A DNA stretch of 52,145 nucleotides from Candidatus Methanophagales archaeon (GTDB lineage Archaea; Halobacteriota; Syntropharchaeia; Alkanophagales; Methanospirareceae), in NCBI GenBank assembly GCA_030612835.1, contig JAUWND010000001.1, positions 1-52,145 of the forward strand, in the 5' to 3' direction. Of this stretch, positions 17,886 through 26,621 are shown piece by piece (the first letter of the stretch is position 1; each line of letters begins with the position of its first letter). Under the pieces are notes generated by a model that saw only the letters and a program-made list of their open reading frames with translations, made no database searches and was not told where the DNA came from. The translations under genes and the position numbers were made by a program.

Positions 17886-18290
17886 ATGGGAATAAAATTA
17901 GAGAGGGCTGATATAGTGATTGTAGCTTCAGCACATAATCTTCGTATAGTATCACCGCAATGGCTGAAAGAAAAAAAAGTTAATCGTGAACGACTGCAGA
18001 TCACTGCAAAATTTATACCAGAGAAGACCCATATTTATTGAAGCTTATTATTGAACCTCGCGGAAAAAACAGTCTTATTTATAATTTTAACTACCATTTC
18101 TTGGACAACGAACGATCCCCCTCTCTCTGGACGACTTCATTTTAATTGCCCAACGGCTCAAAGAGAAGCCTTTAGGGGGGCTGTCCGACATCATTCGAGG
18201 GATAAATGACAACCGGCAGGAACAACATATCGAAATATTAGTAAATGATGAAAATGTCCGATTGAGAGGATTTCCCCACTATAAAGGTAG
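17886..18290 (+). pseudogene. Decayed ORF of unknown family (readable only across three frames)
   Basis: MGIKLERADIVIVASAHNLRIVSPQWLKE... stops at 18041. Related-looking sense continues in other frames (LKLIIEPRGKNSLIYNFNYHF..., then LIAQRLKEKPLGGLSDIIRGINDNRQEQHIEILVNDENVRLRGF). Confidence 0.3.
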
Positions 18291-18366
18291 GTAGCAGAAG
18301 GCAATTATTGATCCTATAGTTTTGCTGTAAAATAACTTTATTTGTTTAATACCTATTTTATAAAAT

Positions 18367-18897
18367 ATGAACATCCTCGACGAAATAGTGACCGAAATAT
18401 TCAGGCATGATAAAGAATTAGCACCTTTATTAACATCGATACTCAAACAGAAACTCGGTATTAGCATAAGCGAATTCAGTAAAAAATCGGGCATTCCTGC
18501 AAGCACGCTTTACAAAATCATCTCCGGCGAGCGGGACCCGAACTTGCGTACATTCAGAAGGATACTATTTACGATAAAGGAGCTAGAAAGTGGCCATGCA
18601 AAGAAGGAGAAGAATTTTATCGCTATTGTTTGCTCGCGCGGATGTTTGGAAGTATTAGAAAAAACGACAACAAAAGTCGGGGAAGATATTTTTGACCTAA
18701 AGGAATATGCAGTTACGAGCATTGAAGAAGCGATAATAGCAGCAATAAAAGCAGAACGGGACGGTGCATCCGCACTTGTATGTGCACCCATTGTCAGTTC
18801 AACAGTTGAAAAGGTGGTTAGTATCCCAGTAGCAACGATAAGGCCAATATCAAGTGTTGCTCGTGCTATTGAACTAGTTGCGAAGAAAGTGACTTAA
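18367..18897 (+). CDS. XRE-type HTH transcriptional regulator with C-terminal alpha/beta domain
   Basis: HTH segment LGISISEFSKKSGIPASTLYKIISGERDPNLRTFRRI; 176 aa. Confidence 0.55.
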   Translation: MNILDEIVTEIFRHDKELAPLLTSILKQKLGISISEFSKKSGIPASTLYKIISGERDPNLRTFRRILFTIKELESGHAKKEKNFIAIVCSRGCLEVLEKTTTKVGEDIFDLKEYAVTSIEEAIIAAIKAERDGASALVCAPIVSSTVEKVVSIPVATIRPISSVARAIELVAKKVT

Positions 18898-18945
18898 ACC
18901 ACAAACTTTATGTCTCCCGAGCTAGTCATATGGACGCAGTTGCTC

Positions 18946-20679
18946 TTATCGCACACTACCCGGCAGCGTTTTCCTTGATGCGACGAAAGCGTCGACACCG
19001 TCTCGAGTAGTTTCGTAAATGTGATCCGCTCCAATCGCATCTTCAACCCCCATCCTGCGCATCTTGTCTCGCAGTGGGTCCCTCACATGGGAGAGGAACA
19101 TAACAATATCTTTACTGCTCAGTTCCTTGTTCAGCTTTATCAGCCGATCTGCGCCTGTAATGTCAATATCGTTCATGGCTTCTGCGTCAATCAAAACAGT
19201 TTTCACTTGTTCCTTGGCTTCGGCAATACAGCGCTTCACTTCACTAGCAAAAAAGTTGCAATTGAAGAATATTAGTCGGGCATCAAATCGGAAGATAAGC
19301 AGCCCGGGAATCGTTTTTGCATCCGTTCGTCGCTGGATGTCGCGGTAATAGGTCCTCTCACCAGGGACTCTGCCCAAAACGGCTGTGCCCGGGTGGCTTG
19401 CCTTCTTGATCAACACCAGAAGCGAGAGGACAACTCCCAGACCTACGCCCTGCAACACGCCGAGGGTAAGCACACCAAAGAAACAGATCATGCCCAGCGT
19501 AAACTCGGTACGACTGAGTTTCAGTTCTTTCTTGAGTTTGGCAGTCTGATCAAGACCAATCAGCGCCACGATCACGATGGCCGCCAGTGTCGCGTCAGGC
19601 AGGTTGGTAAATAGCGGCATTAGAAAAACTAATGTCAGGATCGCTAGGATGCCGCTGACGACATGGCTGATCTGAGTCTTCCCACCCGCCCCCATAGCTA
19701 CCGATGTCTTCGACAGGCTGCCGGCAACAACAAATCCCGTGCTTAAGCCCGCGCCCAGATTAGCAGCGCCCAGGGCAACCAACTCCTGATCGGGATCGAT
19801 TTTACCGCCACCACTCGAGGCAGCGCTTTTGGCGGCGCCAAGCGTCTCTACGTAGCCAAGCAGAAGTATTGCCAGAGCGCCAGGAACAATACTCATATAT
19901 TCTGTTAGGCTTACGTCTGGCAAACTCATGGGCGGCATGCCCGTGCTAAACGTTCCGATCACGTCAACGCCTTTAGCCGTCAGGTCCAGGGCTGAAACCA
20001 CCACAATGGAAATAATAAGGGTTGTGAGTGCAGCCGGCAATTTCGACACATACCGCCCGATAGCAAAGATTAACACGAGGCTGCCAACACCGAGTGCCAG
20101 CGTTGTCAGGTTGGTATCGGGCAGCGCCTGGATAATCGCCCAGAGTTTTTCAAAGAAATTGACACCACCGCCTTCAATGCCAAACAGCTTGGGCACCTGA
20201 CCTATGATTGTGACCATGACAACCCCCTCGAGAAAACCGGACATCACCGGGATCGAGATAAAGTTGGCTATCCAGCCCATCCGCAGTATTCCAAACACTA
20301 TGAAGAATACTCCAACCGCTATCGCCATCGCCGATGTTAGCGCCAGATACTCAGCCGCACCAACAGCAGCCACTGCGCCAATGGCACTGGCGGAAATCAA
20401 CGCCACTGCCGAATCTGGTCCCACAACCAGCGTGCGGGACGTGCCGAAAATGGCATAGAAAAACAGCGGTAGGGGGAGCGTATATAGCCCCATTATCGGG
20501 GGCACTCCGGCAATCCCGGCATAAGCCATTGCCTGCGGTACAAGCACCGCCCAGATGGTTAGTCCCGAAATGAGATCGTAGCGCAGCCAGGAGGGCTTGT
20601 ACTCTGGCAGCCATCTCAGGATCGGCAAGTACCGCTGGAGCAGGTTCTTAAGGTTAGTTGAACTTGTTTCGTTAGTCAT
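18946..20679 (-). CDS. SulP-family anion transporter with C-terminal STAS domain
   Basis: 577 aa. The N-terminus is WLPEYKPSWLRYDLISGLT...AMAYAGIAGVPP and the C-terminal STAS-like segment is LLIFRFDARLIFFNCNFF...ITGADRLIKL. Confidence 0.85.
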   Translation of the reverse strand: MTNETSSTNLKNLLQRYLPILRWLPEYKPSWLRYDLISGLTIWAVLVPQAMAYAGIAGVPPIMGLYTLPLPLFFYAIFGTSRTLVVGPDSAVALISASAIGAVAAVGAAEYLALTSAMAIAVGVFFIVFGILRMGWIANFISIPVMSGFLEGVVMVTIIGQVPKLFGIEGGGVNFFEKLWAIIQALPDTNLTTLALGVGSLVLIFAIGRYVSKLPAALTTLIISIVVVSALDLTAKGVDVIGTFSTGMPPMSLPDVSLTEYMSIVPGALAILLLGYVETLGAAKSAASSGGGKIDPDQELVALGAANLGAGLSTGFVVAGSLSKTSVAMGAGGKTQISHVVSGILAILTLVFLMPLFTNLPDATLAAIVIVALIGLDQTAKLKKELKLSRTEFTLGMICFFGVLTLGVLQGVGLGVVLSLLVLIKKASHPGTAVLGRVPGERTYYRDIQRRTDAKTIPGLLIFRFDARLIFFNCNFFASEVKRCIAEAKEQVKTVLIDAEAMNDIDITGADRLIKLNKELSSKDIVMFLSHVRDPLRDKMRRMGVEDAIGADHIYETTRDGVDAFVASRKTLPGSVR

Positions 20680-20909
20680 AGATGGTGATTGCGAAAAACA
20701 TGTGCTGATTATGTGTTATAATTAATATATTTGTGAACACAAAAAGAAATAGCAAAAACGCATCAGAGAAGATAAGCCGGAGGTCATAGCTGGAGATGAT
20801 CCTTGATGAGAAAAGGTCTTAATAGTTGTCAACCTCATGATTGCAGGGATTTTCTCTGAAATTTTCTCTTAAAGTGGGAAAATTCGATCAAAGAAATAGT
20901 TCCTGTTCA

Positions 20910-21370
20910 TTATAATTGGTGTAAATCAATTGCAAGTTCCGCAATGTTCCCTGCATAGTCCCCTATTCGGCTGATACTGTCGGTTATAATACCTATCGGT
21001 AGCGCCTTTGATGCCTCCATCTTCAATTGGTTGATCACAGATATACTCTTCCTTATCTTCACATTCTCTCGCAATCTTTTCTTATTTCCTGTGGTATCGT
21101 GCGTGCATGGAGTTCTATGAATTGGTGCCCCATCACATAAGCACCTATAATATCCCTTCTGAGCCCGTTCTTCTCACCATCGAGTTTTAATGTTTTATGG
21201 CTGGTTACAGTTTTAGTCCTAGACGGTGTAAGCAATAATGTCCCCTCACCCCGATAAGAGAGAGATACCAGTGAGCCAGGCTGCAGCCCGACATCAACCG
21301 CCCATTTCTTCGGCAACGTAATCATATACGTTGATTTTCCGGTTATCTGAACTTTTCTCGCTTCTTCCAT
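20910..21370 (-). pseudogene. AbrB/SpoVT-domain PhoU-family phosphate regulator, frameshifted and truncated
   Basis: The AbrB N-terminus is VQITGKSTYMITLPKKWAVDVGLQPGSLVSL. The ORF stops at 21059, and the PhoU sense continues in another frame (KIRKSISVINQLKMEASKALPIGIITDSISRIGDYAGNIAELAIDL) to a stop at 20910. That is far shorter than a two-repeat PhoU. Confidence 0.6.
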
Positions 21371-21379
21371 CTTACGCAA

Positions 21380-21673
21380 TCAGTCCAACTTCCTCCTCTT
21401 TCCTGTAACCATATATATAATACAAGAAGCGATATTGCATGCGTGGTCACCGATTCGCTCTAAATGCAACGCTACGAAGTTCAGATGGCTCGCATTTGCA
21501 ATGAATCGTGGCTTTTCTATCGTAATCGTTATCAATTCCCGTCTGACCTAGTCAAATAGTGCATCTATCACATCGTCTCGTTCCGAGAAATTTTCCAGCA
21601 TTTTTATCTCGCCGGTCGAAAACGCTTCAAGACAGTCAGAGAGCATGCCTTGCGAAATCTCCGACATCCGCGG
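21380..21673 (-). pseudogene. phoU: C-terminal half of a canonical PhoU, fused in frame behind a duplicated pstS fragment and containing an in-frame TAG
   Basis: The minus strand reads RMSEISQGMLSDCLEAFSTGEIKMLENFSERDDVIDALFD-TAG-VRRELITITIEKPRFIANASHLNFVALHLERIGDHACNIASCIIYMVTGK. This aligns with the second PhoU repeat (D..ID..Y......L.......LERIGD...NI). Confidence 0.65.
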
Positions 21674-22705
21674 TATATCTATTGCACCTTCGCCTACAGC
21701 CTTTACGCCGTGACCGGAACCGCCACCAGAGACGGATATTCTTAGCTCTGGGTTCTCTACCATAAGAATTCGTGCACATTCTTGATTTATCGGAAGTACT
21801 GTTGTAGAGCCTGCGATTGTCAGTTCGCCGGAAAGCTCTGTTGCTTGCACGGGCATTGGAACTGCCACTGTACTAATGTAGCCCATCTCTTCCACCATCG
21901 TCTGCCCCTCTTCGCTCAACACGAAATCTATGAATGCTTTCTCAAGTTCGCTTGGCGCCCCTTTCGTTATGATATACAAACTCCGCGAAATCGGATATTC
22001 ACCAGAAAGCACGTTCTCTTCTGTCGCTTCCACACCGTCTATTTTGACCGCTTTTAGTGATTTGTCTACGTATCCAAGGGAGAGATAACCAATGCTCATT
22101 TTATCTCTACTGACAGTTGCTCTTATATCACCATTCGATGGTTTAACCGATGCTTTTCCTGCTATCTCTCGATCAAAAGGCTTCATCACCGCCTTCTCGA
22201 AGCAATCCCTCGTTCCGGAGCCACCTTCTCGCGTTATCACACGAATCTCGCCATCAGTGCCGCCAACATCCTTCCAGTTCGTTATCTCGCCACTGAATAT
22301 CTTCGATGCATCTTCCATTGTCAGGTCGCTTACACCGTTATTCGGATGCAGAACGATAGCCACGCTATCTTTTCCTACTACCACCGGCTTCAGATCCGGA
22401 TACATCTCCATCTCTTTCGATTTTACGTCCCTTGACGCCGCACCTATATCTATCGCACCTTCGCCTACAGCCTTTACGCCGTGCCCGGAACCGCCACCAG
22501 AGACGGATATTCTTAGCTCTGGGTTCTCTACCATAAGAATTCGTGCACATTCTTGATTTATCGGAAGTACTGTTGTAGAGCCTGCGATTGTCAGTTCGCC
22601 GGAAAGCTCTGCTGCTTGCACGGGCATTGGGACCGCCACTGTACCAATAGTCGCTATCATCGCTACTACTATAGCCGCCATCACGGCCGTCTTTATTTTT
22701 TCCAT
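21548..22705 (-). CDS. pstS: Phosphate ABC substrate-binding protein PstS, read as a chimeric ORF (PstS + second copy of its own N-terminal 68 aa + PhoU fragment)
   Basis: It has a signal peptide and the PstS motifs GSTTVLP, SGGGSGHG and TREGGSGTR. After ...EEMGYIS the ORF re-enters TVAVPMPVQATELSGELTIAGSTTV...GEGAIDI, then runs into PhoU sequence. Confidence 0.7.
   Translation of the reverse strand: MEKIKTAVMAAIVVAMIATIGTVAVPMPVQAAELSGELTIAGSTTVLPINQECARILMVENPELRISVSGGGSGHGVKAVGEGAIDIGAASRDVKSKEMEMYPDLKPVVVGKDSVAIVLHPNNGVSDLTMEDASKIFSGEITNWKDVGGTDGEIRVITREGGSGTRDCFEKAVMKPFDREIAGKASVKPSNGDIRATVSRDKMSIGYLSLGYVDKSLKAVKIDGVEATEENVLSGEYPISRSLYIITKGAPSELEKAFIDFVLSEEGQTMVEEMGYISTVAVPMPVQATELSGELTIAGSTTVLPINQECARILMVENPELRISVSGGGSGHGVKAVGEGAIDIPRMSEISQGMLSDCLEAFSTGEIKMLENFSERDDVIDALFD
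21674..21881. repeat. 208-bp direct repeat, copy B (ectopic pstS 5' fragment joined to phoU)
   Basis: See copy A. The junction with PhoU-coding sequence is at about 21673/21674. Confidence 0.9.
22445..22652. repeat. 208-bp direct repeat, copy A (native 5' part of pstS)
   Basis: It matches 21674-21881 at a constant 771-nt offset. By eye there are 3 mismatches in the first ~177 nt and more at the distal end. Confidence 0.9.
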
Positions 22706-22872
22706 TTTCTTCTTATTTCACCTCTGGAATATATATAATATCTACGAATATATAAAAAACTATCAGTACTATATATAGATAACGTTTATATACTACGGCA
22801 CCAAATTATACAGCTTAACCGGAATATATTGTCGGTACAAGCTTCCTTCAGTAGGATCAACAAAGAGCTACT

Positions 22873-23901
22873 TCAGCTCACAAACAAACACAACTGAACC
22901 ACCCAAAACGCCGTTCCGCCTACTAAGGCCGCTATCGGAATAGTTATTACCCAGGCAGTGATCATTTTTCCCACTTCTGACCATCTTATTCTGCGAAGGC
23001 TTTGGAAGAATGTTCCCCCTATCACTGCGGAAGCTAATACGTGCGTGGTGCTTACTGGCATACCCGCTATACTTACACCTACTATTGCGAGACCCGCACC
23101 CGTTTCGGCAGAGAACCCATGTTTCGGTTCTAACTTCGCCAATCGCCACCCCACAGTCTTTATCACGCGCCAGCCCAGTAAAAATGTGCCCAAAGCCATC
23201 GTAGACCCGCACATTAACATCACCCACCAGGGTACGTAAAAATAGGTGATAAAGCCACCAATCCACAAAGCTGCTGTTATTACGCCCATTGCATTTTGTG
23301 TATCGTTCATACCGTGGCTGAACGCCATAAAGGAGGACGAAATAATCTGCAATTTCTTAAATACTCTTTCGGTCGCAGGAGTAGGTGTTTTTTTAAAGAA
23401 AAAGTGGAGCACCCAATTAGTGACGATAAATATAACTGCTCCTGCTGCAAATCCTATAAACGGGCCGAGCGCAATAGCAAGAAATACCTTATTTGTTAGC
23501 ACTTCCCATTGTATTATCCCCATCCCACCTGCAACTATTCCCGAACCAAGTAAACCACCTACCAACGAATGTGTCACACTTATAGGAATTCCAAGCGCGG
23601 TGCAGACGAAAGTCCATATTATCGCACCAAGTAAACCTCCGATAAGAACCATGAATGCAATTTCTTGTCCCAGCTCTGGTAGTGAAACAATCCCTTTTCC
23701 AATAGTCGCTGCTACTGCGGTAATAGCAAAAGCGCCTGTGAGGTTAAAAAGACTCGCCAACGCTAATGCCTTTAACGGCGTCAGCGCTTTGGTAGCTATT
23801 ACAGTCGCAATTGAATTCGCACTGTCATTTGCACCATTAAAAAAGTCATAGAGCAGTGCAAGGGCTATTATTATGATAACATAGCCAAAAACCGATAACA
23901 T
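22873..23901 (-). CDS. PiT-family inorganic phosphate transporter
   Basis: The signature YDFFNGANDSANSIAT is repeated as SHGMNDTQNAMG; 342 aa, polytopic. Confidence 0.9.
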   Translation of the reverse strand: MLSVFGYVIIIIALALLYDFFNGANDSANSIATVIATKALTPLKALALASLFNLTGAFAITAVAATIGKGIVSLPELGQEIAFMVLIGGLLGAIIWTFVCTALGIPISVTHSLVGGLLGSGIVAGGMGIIQWEVLTNKVFLAIALGPFIGFAAGAVIFIVTNWVLHFFFKKTPTPATERVFKKLQIISSSFMAFSHGMNDTQNAMGVITAALWIGGFITYFYVPWWVMLMCGSTMALGTFLLGWRVIKTVGWRLAKLEPKHGFSAETGAGLAIVGVSIAGMPVSTTHVLASAVIGGTFFQSLRRIRWSEVGKMITAWVITIPIAALVGGTAFWVVQLCLFVS

Positions 23902-23904
23902 CTA

Positions 23905-24549
23905 TTAAATACCGCCCTTCAACCTAAACGTTTCCATGATATTCGCCACATCTTCACACTGATCCATTGTATCTTCTAAGATCTCTACTATCTCTTTGAG
24001 CAGCAGTCGATCAAGGAGCTCATTAGGATCTTCTACGGGCGTAGTCATCAGTATTCGCAGCCATTTCCGGTTTACTTTGTCTGCGTCGTTTTCCAATTCG
24101 TTTATCCTTATGCAACAAGCTTCTAAAGAGATCTCTTCTCTTTTCAGATCCCGCAGGCAATGAACTGCCGTTCTTATCTCCTCTGATGCCTCCTTGATAA
24201 TTGGCGAGAACTCAATTACCGACTCCGGAACCTTTTGCTTCTGCGAAAATGACAACCTCACTACCGCTTTCTCTATACCGTCTATTACATTGTCGAGATT
24301 ATGAGCGAAATAACGTATGTCGCCCTTCTCTTCCGTGACACGAGTGTGGTCATAATACAGCCCCTGTATTATCTGATGAACAATCGAATCAGCATCCTCT
24401 TCCAGCATTCTAAGCTGCTCACTGATTTGCGGAAGGTCAGAATATTTTGTTCCCAAATCAGCCAATAGATCCGCTGCTTCCACGGCCTTATCTGCAAGCT
24501 CCTCAAAGAGGTCAAAGAATTTGTTTTCTCGAGGTAAAAACACGGTCAT
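23905..24549 (-). CDS. DUF47 / TIGR00153 PhoU-like protein (PiT-associated regulator)
   Basis: From the ATG at 24549 it reads MTVFLPRENKFFDLFEELADKAVEAADLL..., about 214 aa, which is the usual length. It lies 3 nt upstream of the PiT gene, the classic PiT partner arrangement. Confidence 0.75.
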   Translation of the reverse strand: MTVFLPRENKFFDLFEELADKAVEAADLLADLGTKYSDLPQISEQLRMLEEDADSIVHQIIQGLYYDHTRVTEEKGDIRYFAHNLDNVIDGIEKAVVRLSFSQKQKVPESVIEFSPIIKEASEEIRTAVHCLRDLKREEISLEACCIRINELENDADKVNRKWLRILMTTPVEDPNELLDRLLLKEIVEILEDTMDQCEDVANIMETFRLKGGI

Positions 24550-24767
24550 TTTATGTAAGACCGAACTAATTATTATCGCAGCTATAGGGGAAAATCTCCG
24601 CACTTTTGTTTCTCCTTCCACCCGCTTCAGGGTAGCGGCAAAACCGCTTGGCATCTTACCCATTTTCATGTCCTTCCACCAATAGCATATAGAAATGAAA
24701 AGGGGTATTTAAATTTTTCTAAATTAACGGATATAGAAATGTTTATACATAGATGCGCGGAAAAGAT

Positions 24768-25349
24768 TTAGGCGATATAATCCAATAATTTCCTGAATGC
24801 ACGGCCTCTGTGCGATACAACATTCTTCTCTTCTGTACTCATCTCCGCAAATGTCTTATTCGCACCTTCCAATTCAAATATCGGGTCATAGCCAAAGCCA
24901 CCCTCGCCCCTAGCCGCCTTTGCTATTCTACCCTCGGAGGTGCCGACAAAGAGTATAGGTACCTTTTCCTTGGATTCACAGAATGCAACAACAGTTTTAA
25001 AAGTAGCTCTTCTCTCTTCGCCCTTCTTATCAACCATCAATTTCAGAATCCCGAAATTGCCGATTTTATTGAATGCAAATGCGGAGAAAGGGCCAGGAAA
25101 GCCATTTAAAGCGGGTATGGTCAACCCCGAATCTTCGATGAAGAACGGCTTTTCCTCTTTTATCGGCTTATACCGCCGTATATAATTCGCACTTTCTTCC
25201 GCTACCGTTTCTATCTCATCGAGCTGAAATTCGGGATAGTCATAATCGAGATGTGCGATGGTTATGTCCTTCGATTCTGAGTTAGCCAGCGCTCTTATCT
25301 CTTTTACTTTGTGCTTGTTCGAGGTGATGAAAACAAGTTCCTTTTTCAT
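24768..25349 (-). CDS. Non-canonical purine NTP pyrophosphatase (Ham1/RdgB ITPase)
   Basis: ELVFITSNKHKVKE...EDSGL...GFPGP...GFGYDPIF...SHRGRA. Confidence 0.85.
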   Translation of the reverse strand: MKKELVFITSNKHKVKEIRALANSESKDITIAHLDYDYPEFQLDEIETVAEESANYIRRYKPIKEEKPFFIEDSGLTIPALNGFPGPFSAFAFNKIGNFGILKLMVDKKGEERRATFKTVVAFCESKEKVPILFVGTSEGRIAKAARGEGGFGYDPIFELEGANKTFAEMSTEEKNVVSHRGRAFRKLLDYIA

Positions 25350-25540
25350 TGCTGTATTTCACTAAGATTTTAATATTATGTTAAACTATATGCTCCCAAT
25401 CTTTTAATTCGTAATTCATAATTCGTAATTCCTTTTATTGTCCGCAAACGACAGATCATACGGTGGCTCTTCACCCAGTCTTTCATAAAGCTCATTTACC
25501 TCACATTTCAGTTCTATCATCTTCAACTCACGATCCACCG

Positions 25541-26554
25541 CTAACCGATTGAACTGTTCAAGTTCTGTAATTCTAAATCCCCATGCCCAGAAATCACCAT
25601 AGATAATGGTTTACCCATGAGGGCATCGCCTTTGTATCCCAGAAGTTTCTCCACGCTTTTATTGACCACTACCACATTACCACTTAAATCGGTAGAAAGA
25701 ATTGCAGTTGGCGACTCGTGAATCAAACTCTCCAGGTAGTCCCTGTTCTCTTTTAGTTCCTGTTCTAACTGCTTCCTTTCCGTAATATCTTGAGCGATGC
25801 ATAATATGCCTCTTGTTTCGCCATATGCATCTTTCAAGCTGGTGGTATCCCAGGAAAGAATGCGCTCGCCACCATCTTTTCTTGTTATGACAGCATCATA
25901 GGCTTTTACTTGGGCGCCGTCCAAACAACTTTTTAAGATTTTTGATACTTCTTCTCTCTGTGTTGCAACAGGGTATACAAGTTTAAGCCAATTTTTGCCG
26001 ATTAGTTCTTCTTTGTTATAGCCTGTCACCTCTTCGGTTTTCGTGTTGCATAGTATAGTATTATCATCCAAATCAATACCCACAATAACGACACCTGCAG
26101 TATCAATCAAATTCTCCGAAAATTCTTTCTCCTTCTTTATTTCAGCCTCCATTTGCTTCCGCTTCCAAGCTTCAAGTGCTGCCTTAATCGTCCCCACTAT
26201 TCTATCCCCTGTGAGGTGGTCTTTTGGAATGTAGTCAATTGCACCTTTATGGAGGGCCTGCACCGCAATCTCTTCGCTCCCAAACCCTGTAAGCATGACT
26301 ACGGGTGCTATCTTCTTTTTGACAATCTCTTCAAGCCATTCCATGCCGGATTTTTCGGGCATTAGAATATCCATTAGGATCAAATCGATTCCCCCTTTGT
26401 CTAAAGCATCCTGTATCTCCACTTTTCGTCTCGCTTCTAGCAATACGAATTCCCTCTCCGATGCCGAACGCAAATAAGTTCGAACCAGTTTACAGAATGC
26501 CGGGTCGTCGTCGCAGATGAGAATTTTTATCGTTTTCGCTTCTTCCATCTTCAC
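25541..26554 (-). CDS. Response-regulator receiver domain fused to two PAS domains, no recognisable output domain
   Basis: The REC domain reads ILICDDDP...DLILMDILMPEKSGME...VVMLTGFGSEE...A.DYIPK. Two PAS-like blocks follow (NTKTEEVTGYNKEELIGKNW...; VNKSVEKLLGYKGDALMGKP...). Confidence 0.75.
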   Translation of the reverse strand: MKMEEAKTIKILICDDDPAFCKLVRTYLRSASEREFVLLEARRKVEIQDALDKGGIDLILMDILMPEKSGMEWLEEIVKKKIAPVVMLTGFGSEEIAVQALHKGAIDYIPKDHLTGDRIVGTIKAALEAWKRKQMEAEIKKEKEFSENLIDTAGVVIVGIDLDDNTILCNTKTEEVTGYNKEELIGKNWLKLVYPVATQREEVSKILKSCLDGAQVKAYDAVITRKDGGERILSWDTTSLKDAYGETRGILCIAQDITERKQLEQELKENRDYLESLIHESPTAILSTDLSGNVVVVNKSVEKLLGYKGDALMGKPLSMVISGHGDLELQNLNSSIG

Positions 26555-26621
26555 GACTCCTCAAGTGTTAGTTTGGATATTTTAGCTATTAGATATTTAG
26601 GGGTTGCATCAATACCTAAAA

